Source of the DNA: Paramoeba atlantica
Taxonomy: Eukaryota; Protista; Discosea
Direction of reading: 5' to 3'
DNA: 64,000 nucleotides
Assembly (NCBI GenBank): GCA_977017575.1
Contig: CDRNVI010000153.1
Location: forward strand, 62,001-126,000
Shown here: positions 44,115 to 58,300 of the stretch, one piece after another
How positions within the stretch are numbered: the first letter of the stretch is position 1
Layout: the number at the start of each line of letters is the position of its first letter
Notes under the pieces: generated by a model
What the model was told of the DNA's origin: nothing
Seen by the model: the letters and a program-made list of their open reading frames with translations, nothing else
Database searches by the model: none
Translations under genes and position numbers: made by a program

Positions 44115-47100
44115 ATGGAAGACGAAAAGGTGAGTTCTTCTGGTCAGTCTGTTGTTGTGATGGTCAATCAGGTTTCTTTTTTGTTCTTCTTCTTCTTGAA
44201 AGAGAAATTCCCGATTCCCCCCTTTTCTTTCTTCTTCAGCTCTAAAATTCCACTCCACCTTCCCCCCCCCCCTCTCTCTCCCCTCTCTCTCCCCCCCCCT
44301 CTCTCTCCCCCCTCTCTCTCTCCCCTCTCCTCTCTCTCTTTCTTTCCAAAAAAGGCCGGAAGAATCCAATACATCGACGAAGGAGGGGGAATGTTCCTCG
44401 GATACGAAACCTCTCAACTGATTGGCCAACCCATTACCATTTTGATGACCTCTCCTTATAAAGAACAGCATGATTCTTTTTTGAAACGTTATTTGATGAC
44501 TAATGTTCCTTGTATTATGAAAAAGGTTTGTTTTTTTTGTTTTTTTGTTTTTTGTTTTTTGTTTTTTTTTTTTTTTTTAAATTTTTTTTTTAAATTTTTT
44601 TTTTAAATTTTTTTTTTAATTTTTTTTTTAATTTTTTGGAAGAAAAGAAAGACAAAAGAAAAGAAAAGGGAATTGGCAAAGAATTATTTTAAGTGGAATA
44701 AGATGGAATTTAATGATTCAGAAAAGCTGAATTGGTTGGACAAAAAGATAATAAAAGAGAAGAATTGTTGGAACTCCAAGAAAAAGATTTGAGAAAATAA
44801 GTGTAATTGTCAATAAGATTGAAATGTTTGTCTCAGAAGTTAAAATGTTTGGCCAAATAGAACAGATATAAACAGAGAGAAACAATTTATTTTATGAAGA
44901 ATATTATTTCTTTTAATTAAATATTATTTCTTATTTTTTCTTTTCTTTATTAATAAAAATTAAAAAAAAAACAGACAAGAATTGTGGAAGCTCGAAAGAA
45001 AAATGGAGAAATAAGTGCAATAAGATTAAATGTTTCAGAAGTTAAAATGGTTGGACAACCTTTGTGGGTTGGGATTATTGAACCTTTGTTTTGTCCTATT
45101 GGTACTCTTGTTTTTAATGATCGTGGTGTTGTGGTTTGTTTTTTTATTTTTTTATTTATTTTTTTATTTATTCTTTTTTTTTTCTATTTTTTTTTGTATT
45201 TTTTTTGTATTTTTTTTTGTATTTATTGAACCTTTGTTTTGTCCTATTGGTACTCTTGTTTTTAATGATCGTGGTGTTGTGGTTTGTTTTTTTTTATTTA
45301 TTTATTTATTTATTTATTATTTTTTTTTTCTTTATTTATTCTTTTATTTTTTTTTTCTAAATTTTTTCTATTTTTTTTTCTATTTTTTTCTATTTTTTTT
45401 TCTATTTATTGAACCTTTGTTTTGTCCTATTGGTACTCTTGTTTTTAATGACCACGGTGTTCTGGTTTGTTGTTTTTTTGTTATTTTTTTTTTTTATTTT
45501 TTTTATTTTTATTTTATTTTTTTTTATTTTTTTATTTTATTTTTTTTATTTTCCTATTTTTTTATTTTCTAATTTTTTATTCTATTTTTTTTTTTTTTGT
45601 ATTTTGCATATTTTTAATTTCCTTTTTCTTTCTTTCTTTTCCTTTTGAAAAACATGAGTACTTTTCTTATCTTCTTTTTTATGCAAAAAATAGATAAATG
45701 TCAATTCATGTGCAGAGAGTTTATGGGGTTATGTTAAACAAGATCTGATTGGAAAAAATATAAATTCCTTAATTCCAGGTTTTCTCTTTTCTCTTTCTTT
45801 TCTCTCTTTTTTCTCTCTTTTTCTCTCTCTTTTCTCTCTCTTTTTCTCTCTCTTCTTTCTTATTTTCTTTCTTCTCTCTCTTTTCTCTCCCTCTCTTAAA
45901 ATTTATTTTTGAAATTATTTATTGATTATTATTTTTTTAAAAAAAAAGGAGCATTTCCAGCACATGATTTATTAAAAGTGACAAGAAATTTGTCTGCAAT
46001 TCACAAATCAGGGCTTTGGTTCTCGATTAGTGCAAACTTTGAATTAATCGATGTTTCTTCTTCTTCTTCTCTTCCTCACTCTCTTATCTGTTCTGGGACT
46101 TCTCCCTCTACTCCTTCTGCTCCTTCTTTACCTTCTCCTTCTTTTACTTCTCCTCTCTCTTCTCCTTCTTCTATTTCTCCGTCGTTGACTACTCCTCCTT
46201 CGTCTTTTTCTCCTTCTTTCTCTTCTGTCTCTCCTTCTTCTACCTCCTCTTCCCCCTCTATCTCTCCCTCTTCTTCTCCTTCCTTCTCTTCCCACAAACC
46301 CTCTTCTTCTTCTTCTTCCTTCTCCTTCTCTCACCGCCACTCTCCCCCCACATCAAAAAACACAGAAAACATCTATATTTGTTCAGTACAAAAAGTATTA
46401 AAAGAAACAGAAATATTTTTATCTGTTGATTTAAATGGAAATGTTTATAATGGAAATCAATTTGCTGCTCCTCTTTTGGGTTATTCTCCCAAACAGTTGC
46501 AGGGCATTCATCTTTCTACTTTGAGTAATTTTTTTTTTTTTTCTTTTTTTTTTTTTTTTCTTTTTTTTTTTTTTTTCTTTTTTTTTTTTTTTCTTTTTTT
46601 TTTTTTTCTTTTTTCTTTTTTTCTTTTTTCTTTTTCTTTTTCTTTTTTCTTTTTTCTTTACTCTTTTTTTTTTTCTTTTTCAAACTCTCAATATTTTGTG
46701 TTTATTCATTTTTTATATCATTTTAAAATCTCTCTCTCTCTCTTCTCTTTCCCAGTCCCAAAATTCGAAGTAGACCCACAACTCCTCTCAATCGCAAAAA
46801 CATACAACCAACTCGCAAAAGAAGGAAAAAACAACATCAAAATGAGAGAAATAGAGACAATTTTGAGAAGGGGCTCTCAAGAAGAGGGGAGAGTTGTTGC
46901 TGCTCATCGAGATGGTTCTTTTGTTTATGTTAGTGTTCGCCTTTTTTTTTGTTTTCAGAAAGGTTTTTTTTTTTTTTAATTTTTTTTAATTTTTTTTAAT
47001 TTTTTTTTAATTTTTTTTTAATTTTTTTTGGTTTTTTTTGAAATTTTTTGTGTTGAAAAAAAATTATCTATTTTTGAAAATCGTTTTATTTCTTTAAAAT

Positions 47101-50100
47101 ATTCTTTCAATAAATTTCAAATTTTAATCATTAAAAAAAAAATAGAGTGTTTTGTATCTGTCAAAATTAAGCGACTTCACGATTCCCAACCTGATCCAAT
47201 TGTTCGTTTTTCTTTGATTTTTCTTTGATTTTTCTTTGATTTTTCTTTGATTTTTTTTTTCTCTTTGATTATTTTCTTTTTTCTTTGATTTTTTTGCAAT
47301 GAAAAATTCATTTCTTTTCTTTCTTTTCTTTGGGATGTTCCTTCCCTCTTTCTCTTTCTCTCTCTTTCTCTCTTTCTCTCTTTCTCTCTCTCTTGAAATC
47401 GCAGTCATCTGGTGACAAGCCGGGTTTAGACATTGGGTTTCGTTTTTCAGTCGATGTTAATATTTTCTTTTTTCTTTTTTCTTTTTTCTTTTTTCTTTTT
47501 TTTTTTTTTTTTCTTTTCTTCTTTTTCTTTCTTATTTCTTTTGTGTCTTCTGATCCCATATGATGCAGTCATCTCCAGCACGAGGAACCCCAATTAATAT
47601 TATTGAGGTTTCTTTCTTTTCTTTTCTTTTCTCTCTTCTTCTCTTCTTCTCTTCTCTCTTTCTTTCTCTTTCTTTCTCTGATCTTTGGTCTCTTTTCTCT
47701 TTTTTTTTTTTTTTCAAAAAGCAAATTGGAAATGACTATTTTGTTACAAACAAAAATCTTGGAGGTGGAAGTTCTGCCGCTGTTCACATTGGAATGAGGA
47801 AGAAAGATGGAGTACAAGTATTTCTTTTCTTTTCTTCTTTTCTTTTCTTTTCTTTTCTTCTCTTCTTTTTTTTTCTTTTCTTTTCTTCTTTTTCACCCCT
47901 TCTTTATTCTCTTTTTCTTTCATTTTAATAACAAATTAATTTTTTCACAAAAAAAAAAAGGTGGCAGTAAAAATAACCCAAAAGAAAGGGTTATCAGAAG
48001 AAGGGCTCAGACGTGCACAAGGAGAAGCTTTGATTTTATCTTCTCTTCGTGGTCATCCAAATATATGTCAACTTCATTGTTTGTTTTTTATTTATTATTT
48101 ATTATTATTATTCCTTTTTCCTTTTTTTTTTCTTCTCTTTTTCTTTTGATTTCCTTTACTTTCTTTCCTTCCTTTTTCCTCTCACTCCTTTTCCCCTTTT
48201 CCAAAACAGATACAAACGAAACAAACGAAAAAATCTACCTTGTCCTGGAATACATCCACGGAGGAAGCCTCGCAAAATACATCCTCACAAACCAAATTTC
48301 AAATTCCGATATCAAATTGATCTTCAAAGATGTGACAGCCGGAATTGGTTTTTGTCACCAAAATCAAATCGTCCATCGAGATGTGAAAAATGAGAATATT
48401 CTTTTAACTAGAAAGAGAGAAGTGAAGCTGATTGATTTTGGGTTGAGTAGCCGGTTTGGGGGAGAGAATTGGTCTGAAATTCAGGGGACTTATTGCGGAA
48501 CTCCTGCTTATGCTGCTCCTGAAATGCTCTTGGCTCATCCTTACATTGGTCCAGAAGTTGATATTTGGAGTTTGGGTGTTGTTTTGTATACTATGATGTT
48601 TAAAGAGTTCCCTTTTCGGACTGTTCAAGATATTGTGAATGGGACGTTTTCTCGCTCCTGTTTGACGGATCCTGAGTTACTTGATTTGATTTCAAAGATG
48701 TTCTCTTTGGAACCTCAAGGTAGGCCAACTTGCGAAATGATTTTGTCTCATCCCTGGTTGGCGCCTAGGCTGGGAACACCTGTCACTACTTCTCATGATG
48801 AGAGTCATGATGGTAAAATTGAATATCCTCCTCGTTCACTTCCCACAATCAAGAACGAAAAAGATGATACTGAGATGGATTGCCCTCCTGACGAAGATTG
48901 GGAAAGCATCAGCGCCACAACATCTTCGGCAACTCCAATGACTCTACTAAAAAAAAAGGAAGAAACTGATGAACTTGATGCTGCTTCTCTGCCATCAACT
49001 GAAAATCATGCTCTGAAATCTTCCTTTTCTGCCCTTTTTGGAGAGGCGAATTTTTCTCCCATCTCTTCTCCAGCTTTTGAGAACTTGAACCTTTCCCCTC
49101 TTTCTTCACCGCCCCTCTTTTCCCAAGATGAGCTTGGAAGTGAGTTCAGCGAGCTTGGAGAGTTAGGTTATCAGCTCGAAGATGAGGTTCCCCTTTCTCC
49201 ATCTTCTCCAAAGAAAACATCTTTATTCAATGATCATGGAGAACCTTTCCGAAAGAGAGTGGCGTTGGGGTCACAGAGGGATGATTTTCCATCTCCCTCT
49301 CCTTCTCGTGTATCTCCTCCGCATCCATTTGTTCGTGACACACCATCTCGACACAGATCTTCGTCTACTTCTTTTCTCAGAGAATCATCTGATACGTTTT
49401 CTTTTTCTGAGCATTCTTTTGAGGAACCAAAAGGATGTACTCCTCCTCCGTGTGAACCTTCTCAAAATGTGGTGGTAAAAGATCCAGAAAAGGAGCAACA
49501 ACAACCAGAAATCGTTGTACCTTGTCCTTGGAGATCCTCCTCACTTGATGGGGTCAAACTCCGTGCCCCAGGAACACAATCACAATTTTCTCGCTCCAAC
49601 CCACAACGGTATCAACCTCAGTGTCAACAAGCCCAGCAAGAAAAACAAGGACTCTCAAACCACCAACGTATTCATCCTCTTCAAGATTCACAAACAGAAC
49701 CTCATTGGAGGACCTTGATGGGCGGTTCTGCATCAAATGTATTCGAATTATCCTCGCAACAAACATCGAGAATTCGAAGATCTCCAACAATTCCAAGATC
49801 TCCAACGATCCCAAGATCCCCAACGATCCCAAGATCCCCAACAACTCAAATATCCCCGACAATCCAAAGATCTCCGAGATCTCCAACAATTCCAAGATCC
49901 CCAACAACTCAATATTCCCCGACAATTCCAAGATCTCCAACGAGAAGATCTCCATCTCAAGTATCACCAACCTATATCCCTCGTCATCGAGCTGCATATA
50001 ATACCTCTCCCTCTTGTTTAACATCAACATCACCTTCTTCTGTTCGGGGTCCATCTCCACACCAAGCAGTATCTCCAAGGAACCAACCAAAACGTTCAGC

Positions 50101-50677
50101 AGCTCCTTTCCCTTTTGAGATCCCCCCCTCTCTGCTCCAAAGAGTTCGAACAGATCAAGTAAACCTTCCTGAGATGATGCCAGAGAGATATACACCACCA
50201 ACTGCCCCAAAAACATCAATAGATCTATCCCAACCATTTAGTCAAATCCAACTCCGAAGCCCCTCTATTCCTTTGAATTCTGTGGCTTCTCCTGGTCTTC
50301 CAGAAAGCTCTCATTCTCCTCACGCTTATTTCCCTGAACAATCATCCCCTTCAGCAGGACCACCAGTGTTTGGAGGATCTCCCCTTGGCACTGAAACTGG
50401 AGGAGTTTCTGAAGGACCCCCCTATTCTGAGAGTTCACCATCAGGTTGGCACTCTCCATCTCTTCGAGGAGGGGGAGGAGGAGGGAGTGCTGCCGCGTCA
50501 GGAAATCGAATTCAAGTGAATTTGACAGGGGGTGATGGAGCAGCATCTAGTAATGGTGGGAATGGAAGTGAGAGTGCGAATCCAATGCAATTTGTTGTTC
50601 GAGGAGATGGGAAAACCTACACTGTAATTTTACCAAATGGGTTGGCTGTAAATCGTGATTATAAAAGGAAAAGGTAG
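44115..50677 (+). CDS. Multi-PAS-domain Ser/Thr protein kinase (CAMK/MARK-like catalytic domain) with long Ser/Pro-rich tail
   Basis: Three PAS-like segments (FLGYETSQLIGQPITILM; LWGYVKQDLIGKNINSLIP; LLGYSPKQLQGIHLSTL). Kinase motifs VAVK, HRDVKNEN, DFG, CGTPAYAAPE, DIWSLGVVLY. Confidence 0.85.
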
Positions 50678-50952
50678 AAAAAAAGTTGTTTAAAGGGTCG
50701 AAACCTTATTATGTGACAAAAGGGCAGAATACGCATTGCCACAACAAAAACATGCTTCAAATCTTATTTAAAACCATTAAAAAAAAAAATCAAAATCATA
50801 AAGAAAGAAAATCCAAAAGTTTTTTCGTGAATGACAACCAAATTGTTGTTTATTTCTTGTTGTTTTATTTGCCACAACTAAATTCATGATTTCATGAAAT
50901 CATGTCTCCCTCCAAAGCGAATTCCATTTTGCACACACACCGTCCAATTTCT

Positions 50953-53900
50953 TTATTTTGTGTACATAACATCATCCCATGGATGTCGATAAAGGGGTTG
51001 CTTCAACCTCTTCTGATCCAATGCGTGTCCAATTAAACCGATGGTTCTAAAAAATCATCCAATGAATAAAAAGTAAAAAAGGATTGAAAAAAAAATAAAA
51101 AGTTGGACCTGGCAAGAGCAAAGAGCCCGTTCAAATACCCAATCTCAACCACTTCTTCAATTTCTTCAGCATTAAAAGCTGCGCAACTTTCCATCAAATC
51201 AAGGAAAAGTGCGGCAATACAACCATCAACATTGAGCACCAAATTGGCAGCTGCAAATCAAATCAGCCGAAAAGAAAAACCAAGAAGGAGAGAAACACAA
51301 AAGAAAAAAAAATAAAATAAAATAAGAAGTAAAATAATGGCAAAAATGAGAACCCTTTGTGACAGTGATGGCTTCCACTTCAAGAGCAAATTCAAGATGT
51401 CTTCGGGTTGGAAAATGCATTGAGGCATATTCTTTCATGATAATGACTCGCTTATCCAAGCTGTCTATTGTTCAAAAAAGAAATGGAAAATTTCAATAAC
51501 AGAAGAATTCGTTTTGAGAAACCGAAAAAGAAAAACCTCTTGATTTAATTCGGTGACCAATTCCTGGAATTCGAATTCCTTTCTTCTTCATTGCATTAAC
51601 AAATGTTAATGGAGTACTGTACCGAGCAAAATCGTTTAATGAAAAATAAAATAAAAAATCCATTGAACAAATAAACATACATTTGATCCTTCAAAGCATC
51701 ATAAAAAAATCGAGCAGCATCATCAATAGCTCCTCCAAATCTTGGCCCTAACCATTTTAGAAAATCAGCTCAAAAAAATCTTATTTTTCAAAAGAAAATG
51801 AAGAAGAGAGAAAGACCGATTGTTAAAAGACCAGAACAAAGGCATGAAACAAGATCTTTTCCGGCTCTTGCAGCCACGATTGTGTTGTGAGCTATTTTTA
51901 TGGAGAATAAAAATGAGAATCATCCAAAAAAAAAATTTTAAATAAAAAATTTTGAATATTTTAAAAAAAAAACCTCCAGAAACACAGGGACCATGATCAG
52001 CAGCCAAAACAAGAACAATTTCTAAAAACAGAGAAAAACAAAACTGTCAAAAACTCTCGAATTTTCTCAAATCGAAAATAAAAGAAAGAAAAAGAAAAAG
52101 AAACCAATAAATTTGGTGGCATATTTGGGGAGTTTTCTCTTGAACCAAAGAGCGGCAATAACTTCTCCAACTGAGACATCTCCTTCGGAAATAAATTGGG
52201 AGATTGGTGTATCGAAATAAACTGGCTGTCATAAAAAAAAAATGATTAAAAATAGAAGAAAAAAATAAAGAATAAAAACAATAAATTTTGTCCTTCTGAA
52301 AAAAAAAATTTAATTAAATAATCAACCTCTTCTCCACGATCATCACAAATTGTACTGACAATTCCAGTAGATCGACGAACACGTCCTTTTTTAAAAGCAA
52401 GATTAAAGTCAATGGGAATATCAGGTGATGATTCTTCATTTTCTCTTTCTTTGATAACTCCTTCTTTCACCAATTTCTGAACAAGAGGATTTTTTAGTTT
52501 TTTTTTTTTTAAGATTTCAAAAAGAAAAAGAGAATAAAATTGAGAGAAAAGAGTAAGAGAGGAGAGAGGGAGAGAGAGAGAACCTGATAAACTTCTCCAA
52601 TTGCTTTGTCAAGACTATCAAAAGATTCAGGAACAACAACACCCGCTTTCTTCAAAGCTTCATTCTTTGCTTCGGCGCTCTCTTTTTGAGCTCCCCCTCC
52701 CCTATTATTACACAAAAAACCATTTCATTAAAAAAAAACAACTTTTTTTTCAAAAGAGAGAAAGAAAGAAAAGAATAAAAGAAAAAACAAACCGAGCTCC
52801 AGCATGTCCAAATTGAACCTCAGTTTTGAACATTTTCGCGCATGTACCGCTCACCCATCCAACAACAGGCTACACCATATCGATTTTAATAAAAGAAAAA
52901 TCAAGAAAATAATTTTTTAAAAAGATATTTCAATAAAAGAAAAAGAAATTCAAATAATTTGAAATTATAAAAAAGTGATTTTGTTTTGTTTTTCAAAAAA
53001 AAAAAAAGAAAAGAGAAAGGAACCTTTGTGATTTTTCCAGACTGAACAGCTTCAGCAATTTCATACTCAACAGTCCCCCCAACCTTGAAAAAAGAAAAAT
53101 GATGAATAAAAAAAAAGAAATATTTTGTGGAAAAAGAAGAAAATACCTCTCCAAGCACAACAATCATTTTGATATCATCAATTTCCTATTCAAATCACAC
53201 CAAAAAAGAGGTCAGAAAAAGAGAGAGAGAAAAACACAAAATTGACAAAAAAAAAAAGAAAAGAAAAAAGAAAGAAGAAAAAAGAAAAAAGAAAAAAGAA
53301 AAGAAAACTTGATATCGGAGGATATGATCAGTAAATGTGGATCCTCCCCAAGCATCCCCTCCAATTGCAATTCCCTCAAAAACACCTAAAAAAATAAATC
53401 AGAAATCCGAAATAAATAAATAAATCAGAAATTAAAAAAGAAAAAGATTTTTTTTAAAAAAAAAAGAACCATTTGTTGTACGAGAAAGCATATTATATAG
53501 TTCATTTGACAATCCCCCAGACTGAAAAACAAAAAAAGAATTAAATATTATTTCAAAAAAAAAATCATTTCAAAAAAAAAAATCATTTCAAATTAAAATC
53601 AAAATTTTACCTTTGATACAACACCAACAGATCCTGGACGAAAGAGTTTACAACTCACAATATTATCCATTGTTCCTTTAGTAAAAAAAAGAAGAAAGAG
53701 AAGAAAGTGAGGGAAAACAGAGAAAAGAAAAGAAAATAGATTAAAAAAAAGAAAGGAAAATATTAAAGAATAAATATTATTTGTGAAAAAAACATTACCA
53801 GCAGTATCTCCAATTTTAAAAGCTCCCGCCTTGAAAGAGAAGAAAAAAAATCATCAGTAACAATTTTTTTAAAAAAAGACTTTTTCTTTTCTTTTCTCAA

Positions 53901-55047
53901 ATTACAAAAAAAAAATTCTTTTCCAACCTGAATTCCACCAACAGTGGCAGGGCCAATAATCATTTTTCCTTTTTTCTTTGCCAATGCAATCAATCTTCGA
54001 GCGTCTGCTTCTGGAACCCCCTATTTAAAATTAAATTTGAGAAAAAAGAGAATATTTTGAATTGAAATATTCAATGATTCTCAAAAAAAAAAACTGTTCT
54101 TTTTGAAGAAATGAAAAACGAAAATGAAAAATGAAAATGAATAAAGAAAAAAAACAAAAAAAAACCTCAGCAATAATAACAACAGTTCGAATTGTAGGCT
54201 GTTCCAAAGCAAGACGAGATGATTGGTAGGCACTATTACAAAAATTGTTCAGAAAATAAAAAGAAAAAGAAAATAAAATAAGAAAATGAACCTTCGAAAG
54301 GAAGCGAAATTGATGAAAACATCGGCGTTAGGATGAGAAGAACATGTCAAACCAATATCATCATAAACAGGGATTAAGATCTAAACTCATATTTGCAATC
54401 AGAAAAGAAAAGAAGAAAAAAGAAAAAAAAAGTTTAAAAAAAAAAGTAAAAATAAAAAAAGTAAAAAGAAGAGATCAAAAAAACAAAACTCAAAAACATA
54501 ATCAAAATAAAAAGTCCAAGAACAAAAAAAAAAACAAGACCAAAAAAAAACAAGACAAAAAAAAAGAGGGCAAAAAAAAACCTCTGTGGTACCAAAAAAC
54601 GCTTTTTGTGAACCCTTTTTTTAAAAAATTTTAGTTCTCTGAAAAACCAAATAAAAAAGGATCGTTTCGTTTTCAAGAGACACAAACCTGTGTTGTTCCG
54701 GGAGTGATGAGAGCTGCGACAGAAGGAGTTTTTCTTTGGCAAAGATAATCAAAATCTAACATTCGCTGAAGAAAAAAAAAATGAGTTTCATGGTTTGAAA
54801 AAAGAAAGGAGGAAAGAGAAGGGCGAATTGGAGAGGGAGAGAGAGAAAAAAAAGCCCAAAAAACCTGAACAGGAGGAGTTTTGTAATTGTAAATCACAGC
54901 CTGAGTAGTTTTCGAAAACAACTGCCCACTAGACGACATCGTTACGTTTTTTTCTTCTTCTTCTTCTTTTTCTTCTTTACCCTTCTTTTCTTCTTTTCTC
55001 TCTTCTTCGCTTTCGTCTCTTTTTCGTTTACGTGTCGGGTGTTCCAT
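50953..55047 (-). CDS. ACLB: ATP-citrate lyase, SucD-like + citrate-synthase-like subunit (plant ACLB / C-terminal half of animal ACLY); many small exons
   Basis: Motifs [47 protein letters not shown] (phospho-His), [46 protein letters not shown]. Confidence 0.93.
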
Positions 55048-55320
55048 TTGTCGGTTCACCGCGTCGTAAAAGTCGACAAACTTTTCCTTTGATTCAAGGC
55101 TAAAATTTTTTTTAGAAACCTAAAAATCTGTTTTTGGTGTTTCGGTTTTTATTTGCCTATTTTTGATTTGTTGTTTGATTTTTTCCGTTTTTTTGTGTTG
55201 CTTTGTTTCCCACTCAAGGTTCTCTCTTTTCAACTTTTCGTGAATTGGTTTCAGGATTGGGTTTTCTTGTTTCTTATTTTTTTTGGTGAATCTCCACAAA
55301 TTCTGTGATGAAAAAAAGTG

Positions 55321-58300
55321 ATGGAGAAAAAAGGAGTTTTGTTCAAAACTCAAGATGAACGGGCGGAGAAAAGTGAGAATAAGTATCAGATGGCTTCCTC
55401 ACTTTGCTCCCGGAGCTTTGGTGACCATACAGAGCAGTGGCATTACCGTTTGAATGAACGAGGAGGAACAAGTGATGGTGTCTCTCTTTCAAGTTATCGG
55501 ACTAAAAGAGGTTCCAGTTCCGATCGGAATCAAGGAGGGAGCCGATCGGAGGAGCAGGGGAGTGATCCTCTTTCAAAAGGTGAGAGGGGAAAAGGAGAAG
55601 AAGGAGATAAGAAGAGTGATATTCCAAGAGGTGAGAAACCGAAAACCCATCGAAATGTGAGAGATTCTCCAAAGAGGACTGATGATTTTGCCTTGAGTTG
55701 TAATACAACACACAGCTTTTCTTCTCCACCATTAAAAAAACCTGAATCTCCAGCTCTAAAAAGAAAGAAAGTGAAGTCTGCAACTTCGATGAAAAAGTTC
55801 TTTTTCTTTTTGGCACTCTTCATATGCAAACACTAAATTGTTATCTTCCCCATGTTATCAGAGTAGCAAAGGGAGATCTTTCAAGAAGCGATTTTGCTCA
55901 GGTGATCACTCTTTTTTCATCACCATCTTTTCCAATTGAACATTTTGATTCTAATTTTTGTTTTTTTGATTTTGTTTTTCTCTTAGGCTACTGGGACAGC
56001 ATCGGTTTTTCTTTTACTTTTTTTCATTCCTTTTTTTTTTCTCGTTCTGATTGAGAAGAACAAAAATACAGCTGGCTCATATTTCAAGTCTCACTCGAGG
56101 GACAGTCATTAAAATAGTCAATAATGATCGGTTTTTCCCCTTATTCAACTTTTTTCTTTTCCTCTCTTCTTTCTGCTCATGGCTTTTTTTTAAGATGTGC
56201 ACACACCCTGGCGAAAACAATGAAAGTTGAACCTCAAACGCGTGTTGATGATATTTGTGAACGATTTGTAAAAATGGTTGATAGTTCACTTTCCCCCTCT
56301 CTTTAAATCTTTTTCTCTTTTGACAAATTGTTCCGCAGAACACTTTACTCGACAAACCAGAAGACTACGGATTGTATTACAATCGAACTCTTCTTTCTGT
56401 AATTTATTTTATGCTTTCAATTCAACAAACTGACCCATTAATATTCACAATCTATCCCTTTTTTTTTTTCCAACAACTAGGGAGAGACACAAGTTAGCTC
56501 ACTGAATCTAACTACACAAGAGAATTTTTATTTTATATTAAAACCAGATGCTCCACTCCACTCTGCTGTCTCCGCCCAATCTGTTGGTCCTCCATTTTTC
56601 TTTTTTATTTCTTTGTTAAAGAAATCCAATCAAAGTAGGGTTTTAATCCTCGACTATTTTTTCTTGTTATTCAGATTTAATGGAACGGTTGACTGCTCCA
56701 AACATGGATCTTCATGCTGTTGATGGCCAGGTTCTCTTTTTTTCATTATTATTCAAGAGAGCGCCTTTTCGAGAGACTAACTGAATGAATTTTTGATGTT
56801 TTTTCAGACACGAAATCTTCTTCATGTCTACGCGCTTAGCAAAACAACGACTCCTGATGAAGAAGTTTTAAAATTTTTGAAAAAACACAAATTAAGTTTC
56901 ACCTCCATTGACAAGAACGGAAAAATTCCTCTCTTCTATGCAATCGAAGTTTCTCTTGAACCTTTCTTTTTCTCATTATGTTTAAAATAGTTCTAATATA
57001 TTGAAAAATAACAGACCCAAAAAGTTAAAATGATCCAATATTTACTGCGAAATGTTTCTGATTGCTTTTCATTTGTCGATTCTCAAGTAATTCTTCTATT
57101 GTTATTATTCTTTGAAAAAAAAGAAAAGTCTGCTTCTCTTTTATTAAAAGTCTTGTTTTAAAAAACGAATTATATAGCACCGGACTCCTGTTCATGCTCT
57201 TTGCCAAGTCGAAGGTTTGAAAGAAGAGCCCCAGTATCAAGTTTGTTATTTTTCCACACCCCATTTCCCAAACATTTTTTTTTGGTTTGTATTTCTCAAT
57301 TTTATTTGTTTTTTTTTACCCTGCAGTTGGTATCAGAGGCGGTCAAATATGCGTCTTGTCATTCACAAGATACTTTGGGAAATTATCCAATTCACTATGC
57401 AACGAAAAATGGTTTCTTTTCTTTTCTTATTCATTTTTTATTCTGGAGATCTTTGTGGAGATCTTTGTTTTTTTAAAGAGTGAGACGAATTCGTCTTTTG
57501 TAGGAAAACTAAGAATAGTGAATTTCTTGATTGATGAGTGTGGGATTGACCCTGATCTTCGGAATGGTCAACTTGAAACTCCATTGTACCTAGCTGTCCT
57601 TCATAAAAGAATTGCTGTTGCTGCTTATTTGTCAAAGGTTAAAAATTTTAGAATAGAATGAAGAAAGATCCAATCTGGGTCAAAGAAGATTTTTTAATTT
57701 CTATCTTTTTGGTTTTTTTTTTCAGGCAGAGAAAGCTTCTCGTTTTATTACCGGTGTGGATGGACGTTTCCCACTTGATATTGCAATTGAACACAATAGC
57801 CCTGAGCTTGTTGAGATGACCAATTTTAGTATTTATCTCTTTCATTATTTCATTGATCAATTTGGAGAGCCAAAAAAAGTCTAAATTTATTGTTTTGTTC
57901 AAAACAAAAATTGACTTTTCTCAAAAGAGGAGATGACCTTAACACTGGGTGCCATTCTAGCAACTCGAGGGGACAGCGTTGATGAAATCGTCAAAGAAAT
58001 GACAACATCTCCCCCCAAACCAAGAAGAAAGACACCAGAATCACCAAAAAGATCACCAAGACCACAAATATCACCAAGAAATCCAGTTCCAGTTTCTAAA
58101 TCAGGAGGGATGAATATCTCTGCTCCAATGATGGTTGCATCTTCTGCAATAAGAATAGAGAGAACTAAGAGAGTTGATGAGAGTACTTTTCTAAAGAAAG
58201 AAGATTCAGCGCCGGTGGCAAAACGATCTATTTCCCCTCCTCCTTCTCCTGGGAGGATTTTAACAAGGCAAAAACAGCACCATGGTCTTGATGTTTATTC

